64,000 nt of DNA from Bradymonadia bacterium (GCA_046290225.1 JBKAGE010000001.1:96134-160133), one strand, 5' to 3'. Positions 18,320 to 28,741 are shown, counted from the first letter of the stretch. The notes: generated by a model from the sequence alone, not told the origin. Translations and numbers: made by a program.

Positions 18320-20611
18320 ATGACCGACGCGCCCCAACAGACCGCCCCGACACCTGATTTCAGCGTGCACGACTTCGCCCGAGGCACCCTCAAGACGTGG
18401 GGTGTGATCAGCATCGTGCATGGCCTCGTCATGGTCCTCGCCACCTGGTTCGGGATCCCTTGGAAGTCACCGATGATCAACACCCTGCTCATCGTCCTGG
18501 GCCTCGGTGGGATCGTCGCCGGCGTGCTGCAGTGGCGTGGGGGTCGCCTGGGCTGGCGTGCAGGTCAGGTCGTGGCCTCGATCTGGCTGGTGCTGGGCAC
18601 CCTGATCATCGGCGGCCTGTTGATGTCGTGGGCCTATCTCAAGGGCATTTACGGCGACTTTGGCCGCGGCGGCGCCATCGCCAGCATGTTGGTGGCCCTG
18701 GTGGCGTTCCTGGTCATCGCGCTGGTGCCCACGCTGCACCTGCGGGCGCTGCTGCGCAAAGAAATGCGTCTGGCCTTCGGCGCCGGAGACAAGATCAAGG
18801 CCGCGGCGCTCATCATCGCACTGTTGCCTCTACCCGTGGCCTGGTGGGCCCACAGCCAGCACCACCTCGCACCTGAGGTGCCTGCTCTGAGCGCAGCGGG
18901 CCAGTTGCAGGCGGTCCAGCTGCTCAAGGCCCGGATGCAGGGGGCCGACCTGCCCCCGACCCCAGATCTCGACGGCGCCCCCATGGGGCCTGGGCCAGTG
19001 TATGTCTCTCTGTGGGGGCGAGGCGAGCTGGCCGCCCGCGTGGGGGCCGAGAGCACCGACCTCAAGAGCGCCCTGCTCGCCGCAGCCGACACGCTGAAAG
19101 ATCATCCCGTGCTCACGGGCAAACGCCTCGCCCGCCACACCCTCAAGATCGACCGTGTCGTGGCGAAAGGCCCGGTTCTCTCTTCTGCGGGGCCCATCCT
19201 CGCCCTCTCGGTGAACCCGGGCCTCGACGGCCTGCGCCGTGCCCCTGGGGCCGATGAGCTGCCCGTACAGCTCGACCCGTTCGTGGCCCTGCCCGACGAC
19301 ATGATCCAGGCCGACGTGTTCGGTGCCGCCCCCCTGGTCCCGGGCATTCGCGAGCTGCGTCTGGGGTTGGACGTCGATCAGGTGCTGCCTCGCCTGGCCA
19401 ACGACGGAGCCCCCATCGAGCGCCTGCGCCTGGAGAGCTGGGTGAGCGCGGGGCAAAAGGTGCTGCCCGTGGTCCGCGGCAACACCCCAGGCCCCGAGCC
19501 CGGCCCTGTGGCATGGCGAAACGCCGCCATCCGTGGCGGCGACTTTGTCAGGCGGCAGATTCGGAAGGACAACCGCTTCCACTATCAATACCTGCCCTAC
19601 ACAGATCATCACCCTGGGGGTGCCAACTACAGCATCCCCCGCCACGCCGGCACCGTGTACAGCCTCGCTCTGCTCTTCGGCGAGACGGGGCACAAGCGCT
19701 TCAAGCAGTCTGCAGAGCGGGCGATCCTCTGGCTCGGCGAGCAGACCCACGAGGGCTGCCTGAACGACGGCGACCGGTGTGTGGTGAAGGGCGGTGTCGC
19801 CATGCTCGGCTCCACGGCCCTCACGCTCGTCGGCATGCTGGAATACCAGCGACGTACCGGCGATACCCGCTACGCAGAGCAGGCACGCTCACTGTTGAAG
19901 TACGTCATGGCATTACAGCAGCCCAATGGTGAGTTTCAGCACAAGGTCATCGTGGGCAAGCGCCAGATCGATCCAAGCTACAAAGGCATGTTCTACAGCG
20001 AAGAGGCAGCGCTGGCTCTGGTCATGGCCCACAAGATCCTCGGCGATGACACATACCTCGCCGCAGCGGAGCGCGCGTTGAACTATCTGACCGGGCCCAA
20101 ATACGACTTCTTCCTCGGACGCTTTGTCTATGGGGCCGATCACTGGACCTGCATCGCCGCCGAGGAGGCATGGCCCACCCTCAAACACGACCAGTACTTC
20201 GATTTTTGTAAGGGCTACGCCGACTTCATCGCGCTCATGCAATACCCGCAAGAGGGCTGGCAGAATGCCGACTTCCGTGGGCACTACGGCTTCGGGGCCT
20301 TGCTGGTGCCTCAAGCGCCAGCGGCGGCGGGCTTCACCGAGGCCATCGTGTCGACCTATCGTCTCAGTCGTCACCGAGGTGCCCCAGACCCCGAGCTGAA
20401 GGCGCAGATGTCGCATGCCCTCGACGCCCTCGTGCGCGATCAGCTGCGCTTCGACAACGCCTGGCTGGTGAAACGGCCCCTGAGCGCTGTAGGCGGCTTT
20501 CGCCGTAGCCTCGTAGAGTCAGAGGTCCGCATCGACTTCACTCAACACGCTTTGAGCGCGCTGATCCGTGGCGCGGTGGTCCTCGAAGAAGAGACACGAC
20601 CGGAGAGCTGA
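18320..20611 (+). CDS. Membrane protein with ~5 TM helices, an AMMECR1-like middle region and a C-terminal alpha/alpha-toroid domain
   Basis: Hydrophobic N-terminal ~180 aa; PVYVSLWGRG; YSIPRHAGTVYSL, YSEEAALAL, DHW and VRIDFTQHALSAL motifs. Confidence 0.7.
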   Translation: MTDAPQQTAPTPDFSVHDFARGTLKTWGVISIVHGLVMVLATWFGIPWKSPMINTLLIVLGLGGIVAGVLQWRGGRLGWRAGQVVASIWLVLGTLIIGGLLMSWAYLKGIYGDFGRGGAIASMLVALVAFLVIALVPTLHLRALLRKEMRLAFGAGDKIKAAALIIALLPLPVAWWAHSQHHLAPEVPALSAAGQLQAVQLLKARMQGADLPPTPDLDGAPMGPGPVYVSLWGRGELAARVGAESTDLKSALLAAADTLKDHPVLTGKRLARHTLKIDRVVAKGPVLSSAGPILALSVNPGLDGLRRAPGADELPVQLDPFVALPDDMIQADVFGAAPLVPGIRELRLGLDVDQVLPRLANDGAPIERLRLESWVSAGQKVLPVVRGNTPGPEPGPVAWRNAAIRGGDFVRRQIRKDNRFHYQYLPYTDHHPGGANYSIPRHAGTVYSLALLFGETGHKRFKQSAERAILWLGEQTHEGCLNDGDRCVVKGGVAMLGSTALTLVGMLEYQRRTGDTRYAEQARSLLKYVMALQQPNGEFQHKVIVGKRQIDPSYKGMFYSEEAALALVMAHKILGDDTYLAAAERALNYLTGPKYDFFLGRFVYGADHWTCIAAEEAWPTLKHDQYFDFCKGYADFIALMQYPQEGWQNADFRGHYGFGALLVPQAPAAAGFTEAIVSTYRLSRHRGAPDPELKAQMSHALDALVRDQLRFDNAWLVKRPLSAVGGFRRSLVESEVRIDFTQHALSALIRGAVVLEEETRPES

Positions 20612-22041
20612 TGCGACACTGGGGTACAGGCATCGAGGGTGACTTAGAAGGCGATCTGATCGCCCTGGGCATCGGGATCCTGCTCCTGATCGCCGGCACC
20701 GGTGTCAAGCTGTGGCAATACTACATCATGCGCAAGGCTGCGCAGGCTGTGGACTTCTCGGCGAGCTCGGTGGGTCCGGGCCTGTTCAGCGAGATGGACG
20801 GCAAGCTGCACGGCCTCAGGGTGATGGTCCGGGTCAAACGCTCCGCCTGGTTCTTTCCAGAGACAGTCATCACAGCCCTGGGCCTCCCCAAAAACCTGAG
20901 AGTGCATCCTGCGGGTCTGCAATCTCGCCTCAATGATTTGATGGATGGAGATCGCGTCCTCACGGGGGATGATGTCTTCGACCAGAAGGTCTGGTTGGCG
21001 GGCGACGAGGCCGCCCTGCGCGGCGGGCTCACAGAGCAGGCCCGAGCAGCATTGAGCAAGGCGATGTCCACACACCCGTTCATGGTCGAAGACGGCACGC
21101 TCACGGCGACGATCTCCGGCCTGCCGCTCTCCAGCGGTGGCATCGTGAGCATCCTGAAGGCTCTCGACGATGCGCTGCCGCACCTGAAGGCTCTGGAAGA
21201 GGCTCGACCCGAACTCTTGAGTCGACAGGCTCTGCGCGACCCTGACACCGACGTACGCCGTGCAGCTCTGACGCAACTGCTCCACCGATTCCCCGAAGAT
21301 CCTCTGGCGACGACGACTCTTGAGAAGGTCATGGAGAGCGCACCCAGCGGCGATCAGGTCGCCGCCCTCGAACTGGCCTTCGATGGTCGCATGGGCCAGT
21401 CTTTCTGGCCGAAGCTCTGCACCCTGCTCATGTCGACCCGGCTGAAGCAGGACACCCGTTTGCAAGCCCTCGTGATCTTCTCCGCGCACATGAGCATGGT
21501 GGTGTCGCCTGATCCCCGCCCTTCTGCAGTGCTCGCCTCACTGCTGTCAGAGCCCTTCCCACTGGTGGAGGCGGTCCAACTCGCCGGTCGCCGCGTGTTC
21601 CCGGATATCCGTGCTCCACTCATGGGCCTCGAGGCGTCGTCGACCGCGCTCAAGCTGGCTCAGGTGCAAGCGTTGAGCACGTACGCTGGAGACACATACG
21701 ACGACGCACTGCAGCAACTGCTCGTCGAACGCCTCGCCGACGAGGAGCGAGAGGTTCAGGTGGCTGCCGCACACGTACTCCGAGATCATGCGGATGTGAG
21801 CGCGGTGGCCCCGCTTCAGGCCCTGCTGTCTTCTGGCATCAAGGGGGTGCTGGTCTCTGGCGAGATCAAGCGGGTGGTGGAAGAGGCGGTGTCGGCGATT
21901 CAAGGGCGCCTCGGCGAAGGCGCTGCGCACGCGGTGGGTGGCTTGACTCTGGAGGCGCTCAAAGAAAAGTCGGGTGGCCTCTCAGAAGCCACAGAAGGCC
22001 GTTTGAGCATCGCCAAACCAGAGAAATCACAACCAACATAG
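20611..22041 (+). CDS. HEAT-repeat protein with N-terminal TM anchor (paralog A)
   Basis: TM near N-terminus; TGDDVFD; DPDTDVRRAAL; C-terminal AIQGRLGEGAAHAVGGLTLE...GGLSEATEGRLS. Confidence 0.75.
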   Translation: MRHWGTGIEGDLEGDLIALGIGILLLIAGTGVKLWQYYIMRKAAQAVDFSASSVGPGLFSEMDGKLHGLRVMVRVKRSAWFFPETVITALGLPKNLRVHPAGLQSRLNDLMDGDRVLTGDDVFDQKVWLAGDEAALRGGLTEQARAALSKAMSTHPFMVEDGTLTATISGLPLSSGGIVSILKALDDALPHLKALEEARPELLSRQALRDPDTDVRRAALTQLLHRFPEDPLATTTLEKVMESAPSGDQVAALELAFDGRMGQSFWPKLCTLLMSTRLKQDTRLQALVIFSAHMSMVVSPDPRPSAVLASLLSEPFPLVEAVQLAGRRVFPDIRAPLMGLEASSTALKLAQVQALSTYAGDTYDDALQQLLVERLADEEREVQVAAAHVLRDHADVSAVAPLQALLSSGIKGVLVSGEIKRVVEEAVSAIQGRLGEGAAHAVGGLTLEALKEKSGGLSEATEGRLSIAKPEKSQPT

Positions 22042-22045
22042 CCTG

Positions 22046-23452
22046 GTGGTCATCCAACCCAAGCACCAGAATGAGGATGATGCAGCGGTGGATGGCGAGT
22101 TACTCTTGATTCTGATGGGGTTGGGTACCCTCGCTACGCTCATCTATCTCGTCTATCGCCTTGAGCGCGTGTTCAAAGACGCAGGGCAGGCAACAGGCCT
22201 GACCCTGTATGGCGACGAGTATGAGGACTGGTGGCACCGGCTCGAGGGTGAGTCTCATCAATGCCCCATCAAAGTGGTGATCGCTCGATCGCCCTGGCTG
22301 CTCCCCGAGACCCGCATCATCGTCTCAGATCTGCCGCCTCCTCTCTGTGTGCGCCCTGCTGTGCCCAACGGTACGTGTACTCTCCCCACTGGAGACGAGC
22401 GCTTCGATGGTGTTGTCGAAGTCACTGGAAACCCCCAAGTGATCCGCAGGTCCCTGTCTTCGTCTGTCCGGGATGCACTGTTCGAGGCGATGTCGCGCAG
22501 CCCCTTCATTGTGGAAGATGGTCGGCTCATCTCACGTAGGTTGGGGTTCCCTTTCTCCACGCAGTCTTTCATCGAGCGCATCGAGGCGGTCACCATGGTG
22601 CTCCCTCATCTGAAGTCGATGACTGATGGTCTCACCGCTGATTTGAGCCAACGCGCCCTCCAAGATCCCGATCCGCAGGTGCGCTTCCAAGCCCTGGCAG
22701 ATCTGCTGCGCAACTTCCCAGGACACCCTGACGGTCGACAGACGTTGGGAGACTTCGTGCACGCCCCCGATCTCGAGACACGGCTCGCCGCCCTCGAACT
22801 CGCCGCGGACAATGGGCTGCTGGACGAGTACTGGTCAATGATCTGCGCTCAAGTCACCGCGCTACAATCGACCACTGAAGCTCGCCTGTCTGCGCTGAGG
22901 CTCTTCGAGACATATGCTGACAGAGTGTTGGATCCAAACCCGGCTCCGCTGGAGGTGCTTCGGGCTCTCTTGTCGGAGCAACCCCCTGTAATAGCTTTGG
23001 TTGAGCGCCTCTTCGAGCGGGCACGGCCCGAGCTGCTGCCGGACATCATCGTGATGCAGGCAGACACGCCAGCGCTCCAAGAGCTTCAGGTGCAAGCGAT
23101 CGCACGTCATGCCCGCTCGGGGTACAGCGAAGCGATGCAAGATCTGCTGATTCGACGCCTGAGCACAGGCTCGAGCGCGGTCAAACTCGAAGCCGCACGT
23201 GTATTGGGCACCCATGGCAATGTGGAGGCAGTGGAGCCGCTGCTGAAGTCACGGACTTCGGGGATCGCTGGAGCGCTCTCGGGCACACTCAATGAGGCCA
23301 TCGATGGGGCGGTCGTCGCGATTCAAAGGCGACTTGGAGAAGGTGCAGCTCAGGCGGTGGGTGGCCTGGCCTTGGAAGAGTTCCAGGGCAAAGCAGGGGG
23401 ACTGTCAGAGGCAGTAGATGGCCGCCTGAGCGTGACCCTGGCGAAGGAGTAA
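22046..23452 (+). CDS. HEAT-repeat protein with N-terminal TM anchor (paralog B)
   Basis: Colinear with paralog A: TGDERFD; DPDPQVRFQAL; AIQRRLGEGAAQAVGGLALE...GGLSEAVDGRLS. Start may be GTG 22088. Confidence 0.75.
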   Translation: MVIQPKHQNEDDAAVDGELLLILMGLGTLATLIYLVYRLERVFKDAGQATGLTLYGDEYEDWWHRLEGESHQCPIKVVIARSPWLLPETRIIVSDLPPPLCVRPAVPNGTCTLPTGDERFDGVVEVTGNPQVIRRSLSSSVRDALFEAMSRSPFIVEDGRLISRRLGFPFSTQSFIERIEAVTMVLPHLKSMTDGLTADLSQRALQDPDPQVRFQALADLLRNFPGHPDGRQTLGDFVHAPDLETRLAALELAADNGLLDEYWSMICAQVTALQSTTEARLSALRLFETYADRVLDPNPAPLEVLRALLSEQPPVIALVERLFERARPELLPDIIVMQADTPALQELQVQAIARHARSGYSEAMQDLLIRRLSTGSSAVKLEAARVLGTHGNVEAVEPLLKSRTSGIAGALSGTLNEAIDGAVVAIQRRLGEGAAQAVGGLALEEFQGKAGGLSEAVDGRLSVTLAKE

Positions 23453-23481
23453 GATCTGCGCACTACGGCGGTGCCTCTTCA

Positions 23482-23862
23482 TCACTCCGCCGTGAACTCC
23501 ACCTGATCCATGCCCGTAGAGGCGCTCACCACCAGCAGCGTGACCTCCTCGTCACTCTCGTTCACCACTGTATGTGTCTCGTGCTCTCCAGCAGGACACA
23601 TGACCACGTCACCAGGCTTCAACACCCGACGCGCCGTACCCAGCTCTGCAGTGGGATGACCGGAGAGCACCACGAAGGCCTCTTCACGCTCAGTGTGTCT
23701 ATGAGGCGGCGCGGTTCTACACCCTGAGGGCAGGCGCTCGTGGTGCATGCGCAACAGACCGAGCTGTGACGACAGCTCGGCCACCCAGCCCAGGGCCTCT
23801 CCTGTCGCACGGACCCGAGATCGCGCGTGTGGGGCCTCGTACAGGTTGATGATTTCAGGCAT
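23482..23862 (-). CDS. Cupin domain protein
   Basis: PHRHTEREEAFVVLSG and LKPGDVVMCPAG..HTVVN; SD GGAG before ATG 23862. Confidence 0.85.
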   Translation of the reverse strand: MPEIINLYEAPHARSRVRATGEALGWVAELSSQLGLLRMHHERLPSGCRTAPPHRHTEREEAFVVLSGHPTAELGTARRVLKPGDVVMCPAGEHETHTVVNESDEEVTLLVVSASTGMDQVEFTAE

Positions 23863-23908
23863 GGTGACTCCCATTCGGCCATCGCTGCGAATGTCAAAGG
23901 GGATCACC

Positions 23909-24562
23909 ATGCGCCGTACACGCGTCAAGATTTGCTGCATCGCCAGTGAAGCAGAAGCTCAAATCGCCATCGAAGCAGGGGCGGATGCTCTGGGGCTCGT
24001 CTCCGCCATGCCCACGGGCCCTGGCGTAATCAGCGATGATGACATCGCCACCATTGCCGCCAGCGTACCGCCACTCATCTCCACGTGGCTGCTCACCAGC
24101 AAGACAGCGCCTGAGGCCATCGTGGCCCAGGTGAACGCTGCTGGAGTCGACACCGTACAGCTCGTCACCGATATCCCCGAGGGTGGTCATGCGTACTTGA
24201 AGGCGAAGCTGCCCGGACGGCGCATCGTACAGGTGCTCCATGTCGTGGGACCCGAGATCATCGACGATGCCCTCGCGCTGCGTGCCCACGTCGACGCCAT
24301 CCTGCTCGACTCGGGCAACCCGAGCCAGGCGGAGCTCGGTGGGACAGGGCGCACCCATGACTGGTCTGTGAGCGCCCAGCTGGTGGCGGCGGTGGCGCCG
24401 ACCCCAGTCTTTCTCGCTGGAGGTCTGAGAAGGGAGAACATCGCCGACGCCATCGAGCAAGTGAAGCCCTTCGGTGTCGACGTGTGCAGCGGCGTCAGGG
24501 CCAGTGGCCAGCTGAACCCCGAGCGGCTCTCATCGTTGATCCGCGCGATCCACACTGACTGA
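23909..24562 (+). CDS. trpF: Phosphoribosylanthranilate isomerase
   Basis: RVKICCI, GADALGLV, LLDS...LGGTGRTHDW, FLAGGL..ENI, PFGVDVCSGV. Confidence 0.88.
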   Translation: MRRTRVKICCIASEAEAQIAIEAGADALGLVSAMPTGPGVISDDDIATIAASVPPLISTWLLTSKTAPEAIVAQVNAAGVDTVQLVTDIPEGGHAYLKAKLPGRRIVQVLHVVGPEIIDDALALRAHVDAILLDSGNPSQAELGGTGRTHDWSVSAQLVAAVAPTPVFLAGGLRRENIADAIEQVKPFGVDVCSGVRASGQLNPERLSSLIRAIHTD

Positions 24563-27322
24563 CCCTTTGACGGGCAACACCCATCGATCCACCCAGCACG
24601 TACGACTGTATGGCCGGTTCACCACCTCACCGAGATCATCGTAGATGGACTGGGTCAGGCGACGGCCGTGGCGCCTGGAGGTCTGATCCAGCGCGCGCCA
24701 TCGCTCGAGTTCAACCTCTTGCGCAACTCGCCTCGACGTTTCCCGGGGCATCACCAGACCCTGCAACCCCAGCGCAGGGGCCAGCCCATGTTTCAACGCC
24801 CGTATCACGTGCTTTCGCAGCCTCTTATTCGACTCTGACAGATAGATGCCCGAGAGCAGCAAGACAGGTCGACTCCTGGCCAGCAGCCCGTACCCACCAA
24901 AGGCGAAGCCCACAGGCAGCCCATCTGGATCGAGGATCTGCATGGCCACCGAGAGCGGATCAGCCCAGAGTGACCAGAGCCATTGAGCCGTCTGCATACC
25001 GCTGTTGTAACTGTAGCTCTCACTGCTGAAACAGCAGTGTGTGGCATCTGCCAGACGTGGCCAGGTCAGGATGTCGGTGCACTTGTCCAGCCATTGAAGC
25101 GCATATCCGTCCTCGAAATACATCTTCGACGGCCCCTGCCCTGGCCATCGCCCCATGTGGAGCGCGCTCATGTGCCTGGCCACGTCGCCCTCCAGGTGAG
25201 CGCCCCACTGCATCAACCGCATCTTGTTGATCCGCTTGCTGAGGCGCGCCATCGCCTTCAGGCTCTGCTGGTATCGAGCAGGTGTCCATGGCGTGCTCTT
25301 CCGAGGCAGCCTCGGCGGATGAAGCAACATCTGCCTCGCCAGCGCCCGCTCGTCCGTACTCAAGGTCTCCACCAGCTGTGTCGGCGACCGCGTGCAATGG
25401 TCATCAACCTCTGCTTGCACTTCGGTCAGCCACAGCCCCCCATCAAGAGACCAGCCCCGCCACTCGCCAATGGCTGCGATGGTCCTGAGCTGTTCGGCCT
25501 CCAGGCATGTCGGGCACGCCTTGATCAGTGCCCGCAGCCAGGGCAGCGGATCCACACCAACCCGATAGAGCCGTTGCCCCAGGTCGAGCCAGGCGTTGAC
25601 GATGGCCTCGGGCAGCACGCCGCCCTCGACCAGATGGCGCAGCGTTCGAGCAGACTCAGGGCCAAGACGGGTCAGCAACCATGGGGTCGATTGCTTGGGC
25701 ATCACGTGCTCGAGGACTTTGGTGAGGGGTAAAAACAACGGATGACCCTGCGGCACCTGATCCAGCAGATGAGCCACCTTCTTGCCTGTGTGCGGGTCTT
25801 TCAGCAGAGACAGAACCCGCAGGCGCGCTTGAGCAGCTGGAGTGAAGACGCGCTCTGGCTGACTGATCGTCCCCCTGAGCTCACCCAGAGATGCCCGCCG
25901 GACCCCCTCTCGATAGACCTTCATCCCGAGGACCAGGCGCTGCTCGTCGACGAGCGCTCTCGGCACCCCACTGGTCTGGGCCATGGCATCAACCGCCCCG
26001 TCGATCCGCTTGCCCATCTCGTCGATGAGCCACATGCACCACAGCCGCCACTCCGAGCTCAGCTGACTCACAGCATGCATCGTAGACACATCGACCGCCT
26101 TGAGGCGCCGGAAGACATTGAGCACTTTTTGATGGCCTGTAGGGGCAAAGAGCACGCGATACACTGATCGCTTTGCCGTATCTGGCAGGGTGTCCTCGGA
26201 TGATTTGGCCCAGACTTCGACCCAGGCCAGCCCCAGCGCCTGCTGCTCTGACACGCTGAGTGCTCTGTAGTCGTCACACAACGTTTCCAGGACCTCCATC
26301 CCTTTCCAGGCGCGACCTGCCACAGCGTGGAGTCTCGCCCTAGCGAGGGCGACGCTCGATGGTGGGTAGAGCCCCGTGGAGGCCCAACGCTCACCAGACT
26401 GCAGCGCCTTGCGCGCTTCTGCGGTGGCGCCGGCTTGCCACAGCAGGGGGGCGAGCTTCAACGCAGCTCTGCCGCGCCTCGCCCCCTCGGGGTATGCGCT
26501 CAACAATAACCAGGCTTCTCGAGGGCAGCCTCGGGCCACGGCGTCGCTCACCGCTCTGTCCAGGGCGAGGAGTCGCGCGCTGCGTTGTCGCAACCCTTCT
26601 ATCGCGCTCAGCGCCCGCTTGACCCCGTGGAAGCGATGCAGAATACGGACGGACCACGCCTCCGCTCGATCGAGCATTCGTTTCGGCAGCTCGCTCTGCC
26701 TCGCCTTGATCCAGGGCAACAGCCCTGCCCCTGCAGCATGCTCGCAGCTCAGATCGACCGCTCGCGCCCAGAGAGAGAAGCTCATGGGAAACTGAGCTTC
26801 TTGCCCTGGGCGACGCAGATCGACACAACATGCGTTGGGATCATCACGGCGCCAGGTGCCCCGTTTGAGTAACCGGATCATCCGCTCGTAGTCGTTCGGA
26901 TTCACCTCGTCGAGCATCTTCCAAGCAGCCTTCGACGCGCCCAGCTTCATCAGATCCTTGATGCGCTCGACGACGGGGTAGGCCCCATTGACGGGCCTCA
27001 ACAACGCCATCCAGCTCAGCGCATCCTCTGCGAGATACGGATCAGAGTCGTGGATCGCGCGCTGAAGCGCCCTGGCCGCGATACGCACCGACTCATCTTG
27101 TGCGTCCACGAAGGGTTCAAGCCGTTTGAGTACCCTGGTTTTGACCCCAGGGCTCTCCATATTTCTGGTCATCAGATTGCCCAGGAGGGCGAGATCGAAT
27201 GCAAAGGCGTGGGCCTCGCATCTTTGGGTCAGGCCCCAGTTGATCCACTCACCGAAGTGCGGCTCAGCTGATGTGCTGGACACACCGAATCGCTTCGCCT
27301 CAATAGACGTATTCGCAGTCAT
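24530..27322 (-). CDS. Large hypothetical protein (helical repeats plus a globular-looking C-terminal domain)
   Basis: About 930-aa uninterrupted ORF, Arg/Leu/Trp-rich; C-terminal LADATHCCFSS, WADPLS, GFAFG, YDDLG. Start uncertain; 3' end overlaps trpF by 33 bp. Confidence 0.65.
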   Translation of the reverse strand: MTANTSIEAKRFGVSSTSAEPHFGEWINWGLTQRCEAHAFAFDLALLGNLMTRNMESPGVKTRVLKRLEPFVDAQDESVRIAARALQRAIHDSDPYLAEDALSWMALLRPVNGAYPVVERIKDLMKLGASKAAWKMLDEVNPNDYERMIRLLKRGTWRRDDPNACCVDLRRPGQEAQFPMSFSLWARAVDLSCEHAAGAGLLPWIKARQSELPKRMLDRAEAWSVRILHRFHGVKRALSAIEGLRQRSARLLALDRAVSDAVARGCPREAWLLLSAYPEGARRGRAALKLAPLLWQAGATAEARKALQSGERWASTGLYPPSSVALARARLHAVAGRAWKGMEVLETLCDDYRALSVSEQQALGLAWVEVWAKSSEDTLPDTAKRSVYRVLFAPTGHQKVLNVFRRLKAVDVSTMHAVSQLSSEWRLWCMWLIDEMGKRIDGAVDAMAQTSGVPRALVDEQRLVLGMKVYREGVRRASLGELRGTISQPERVFTPAAQARLRVLSLLKDPHTGKKVAHLLDQVPQGHPLFLPLTKVLEHVMPKQSTPWLLTRLGPESARTLRHLVEGGVLPEAIVNAWLDLGQRLYRVGVDPLPWLRALIKACPTCLEAEQLRTIAAIGEWRGWSLDGGLWLTEVQAEVDDHCTRSPTQLVETLSTDERALARQMLLHPPRLPRKSTPWTPARYQQSLKAMARLSKRINKMRLMQWGAHLEGDVARHMSALHMGRWPGQGPSKMYFEDGYALQWLDKCTDILTWPRLADATHCCFSSESYSYNSGMQTAQWLWSLWADPLSVAMQILDPDGLPVGFAFGGYGLLARSRPVLLLSGIYLSESNKRLRKHVIRALKHGLAPALGLQGLVMPRETSRRVAQEVELERWRALDQTSRRHGRRLTQSIYDDLGEVVNRPYSRTCWVDRWVLPVKGSVSVDRADQR

Positions 27323-27802
27323 ACCACCCACTTTCAACAACAGTCAGAAGTATCGATTCATCTCGACGGCGGCATGTTCGAGCATGGGAGGACACACAAT
27401 GCCCGCCTGCTCGACTCAACAGACCCCCAGACCTCTATGTCTGGTGGCAGCAGCCACTCGCCACGACAACAAAATATCGGGATGACCTGCAGTTACACGC
27501 GTACAACGCCCCTGTCGAAGATGCTCAGGGGGGTAAAATCAGCCGATTGAATGCCTGCGTGTAAATCTGCAGGAGTTGTTCAAATGAAGGTGAAGAGATG
27601 CAACATGACACGGCTCCTGCTGCTGGAGTGGAGGGTTCGTCGAGGACTATAGTGATGGATTTTCGCAAATACAAGATAGAGGCGAAAATTTGTCTGTTCA
27701 GGTTGCGTACTCTGCGCTGAGGCACAAAGAAGAAGCACAGAAACCTGTCGTGAGATCTCCCCATGCGTCGCCCCAGAAGACGAACGACGAGCACGGGAGT
27801 GA

Positions 27803-28741
27803 ATGATGCGTTGGCTGATGATGATGTGTTTGGTGAGCATGATGGCCTGTCACGAGGCCGAAGATGCATCGAACTCGGAGCCACTCGGAGAAAACGAGCA
27901 GAATGCTGGAGAGGCCTTTGCCCCTGGACAGCCCGCCGAGGATGCCATGCCTGAGGGTGATGCGGGGACGAGTTCGCCAGATGCCCAGGCCAATCGGCCC
28001 GATGCGATGTCAGACATCCCGGAGTCGGCCCCCGATGCCATGATGCCCAATGCCGAGATGCCCGACGCAGAGATGCCTGCGAGACCTTTGTTCGAGGCCA
28101 GCTTTGACGGCCCTGACGGCGCCGAGTGGCCTGCGCCGTGGTCGATCTCAGGTGGTGTGGAGTCTGCCACCCTCGAAGACGGTATGGCCTGCCTCGTGCC
28201 CTCGATCAGCGACTACTCCCTCGGCCGCATGCACGCGCCCCTCGGCGCGACGAACGTCGAGGTCCTGTTCACCCTCCGCTTCAGCCATGTGCGTCGCCAG
28301 GGCATAGGGTTCTACGTACGACAAAACGGCGCCTACCTCGCCACCGAAGATCCTGCGGGGACCGGTTACGCCATCTTCATCGAAGGCTTCCGCGGCGACG
28401 GCATTGGCCTATGGAGAGAGGTCGAAGGTCACGAGCAGGACATCGACATCCACTTCAATGACGCCCTCGACTTGCAGGACGGGGTGCGCTACCGCGTGCG
28501 CTTCCGAGCAGCGCGACAGGGTGACGGCACTCTGCTTCAGGGACGCATTTGGCCCGAAGATGAAGCTGAGCCCGACACGTGGCAGATCGAAGCCCAGGAC
28601 GACACCCGCGGATTGCAGGACCAACCTCTCGGCATCGCGGTGGACAGCTGGAACAACTTCGACGTGGAAGATCCCGGACCTGCAGTGCGGGGTGCCACCT
28701 GTGTCGACGACATCTCCATCCGTGCGCTTGCTGGTGAATGA
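27803..28741 (+). CDS. Lipoprotein with low-complexity linker and a ConA/lectin-like beta-sandwich
   Basis: SMMAC lipobox; PDA repeats; RYRVRFR...LQGRIWPEDEAEP..WQ...VDDI pattern. Confidence 0.65.
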   Translation: MMRWLMMMCLVSMMACHEAEDASNSEPLGENEQNAGEAFAPGQPAEDAMPEGDAGTSSPDAQANRPDAMSDIPESAPDAMMPNAEMPDAEMPARPLFEASFDGPDGAEWPAPWSISGGVESATLEDGMACLVPSISDYSLGRMHAPLGATNVEVLFTLRFSHVRRQGIGFYVRQNGAYLATEDPAGTGYAIFIEGFRGDGIGLWREVEGHEQDIDIHFNDALDLQDGVRYRVRFRAARQGDGTLLQGRIWPEDEAEPDTWQIEAQDDTRGLQDQPLGIAVDSWNNFDVEDPGPAVRGATCVDDISIRALAGE

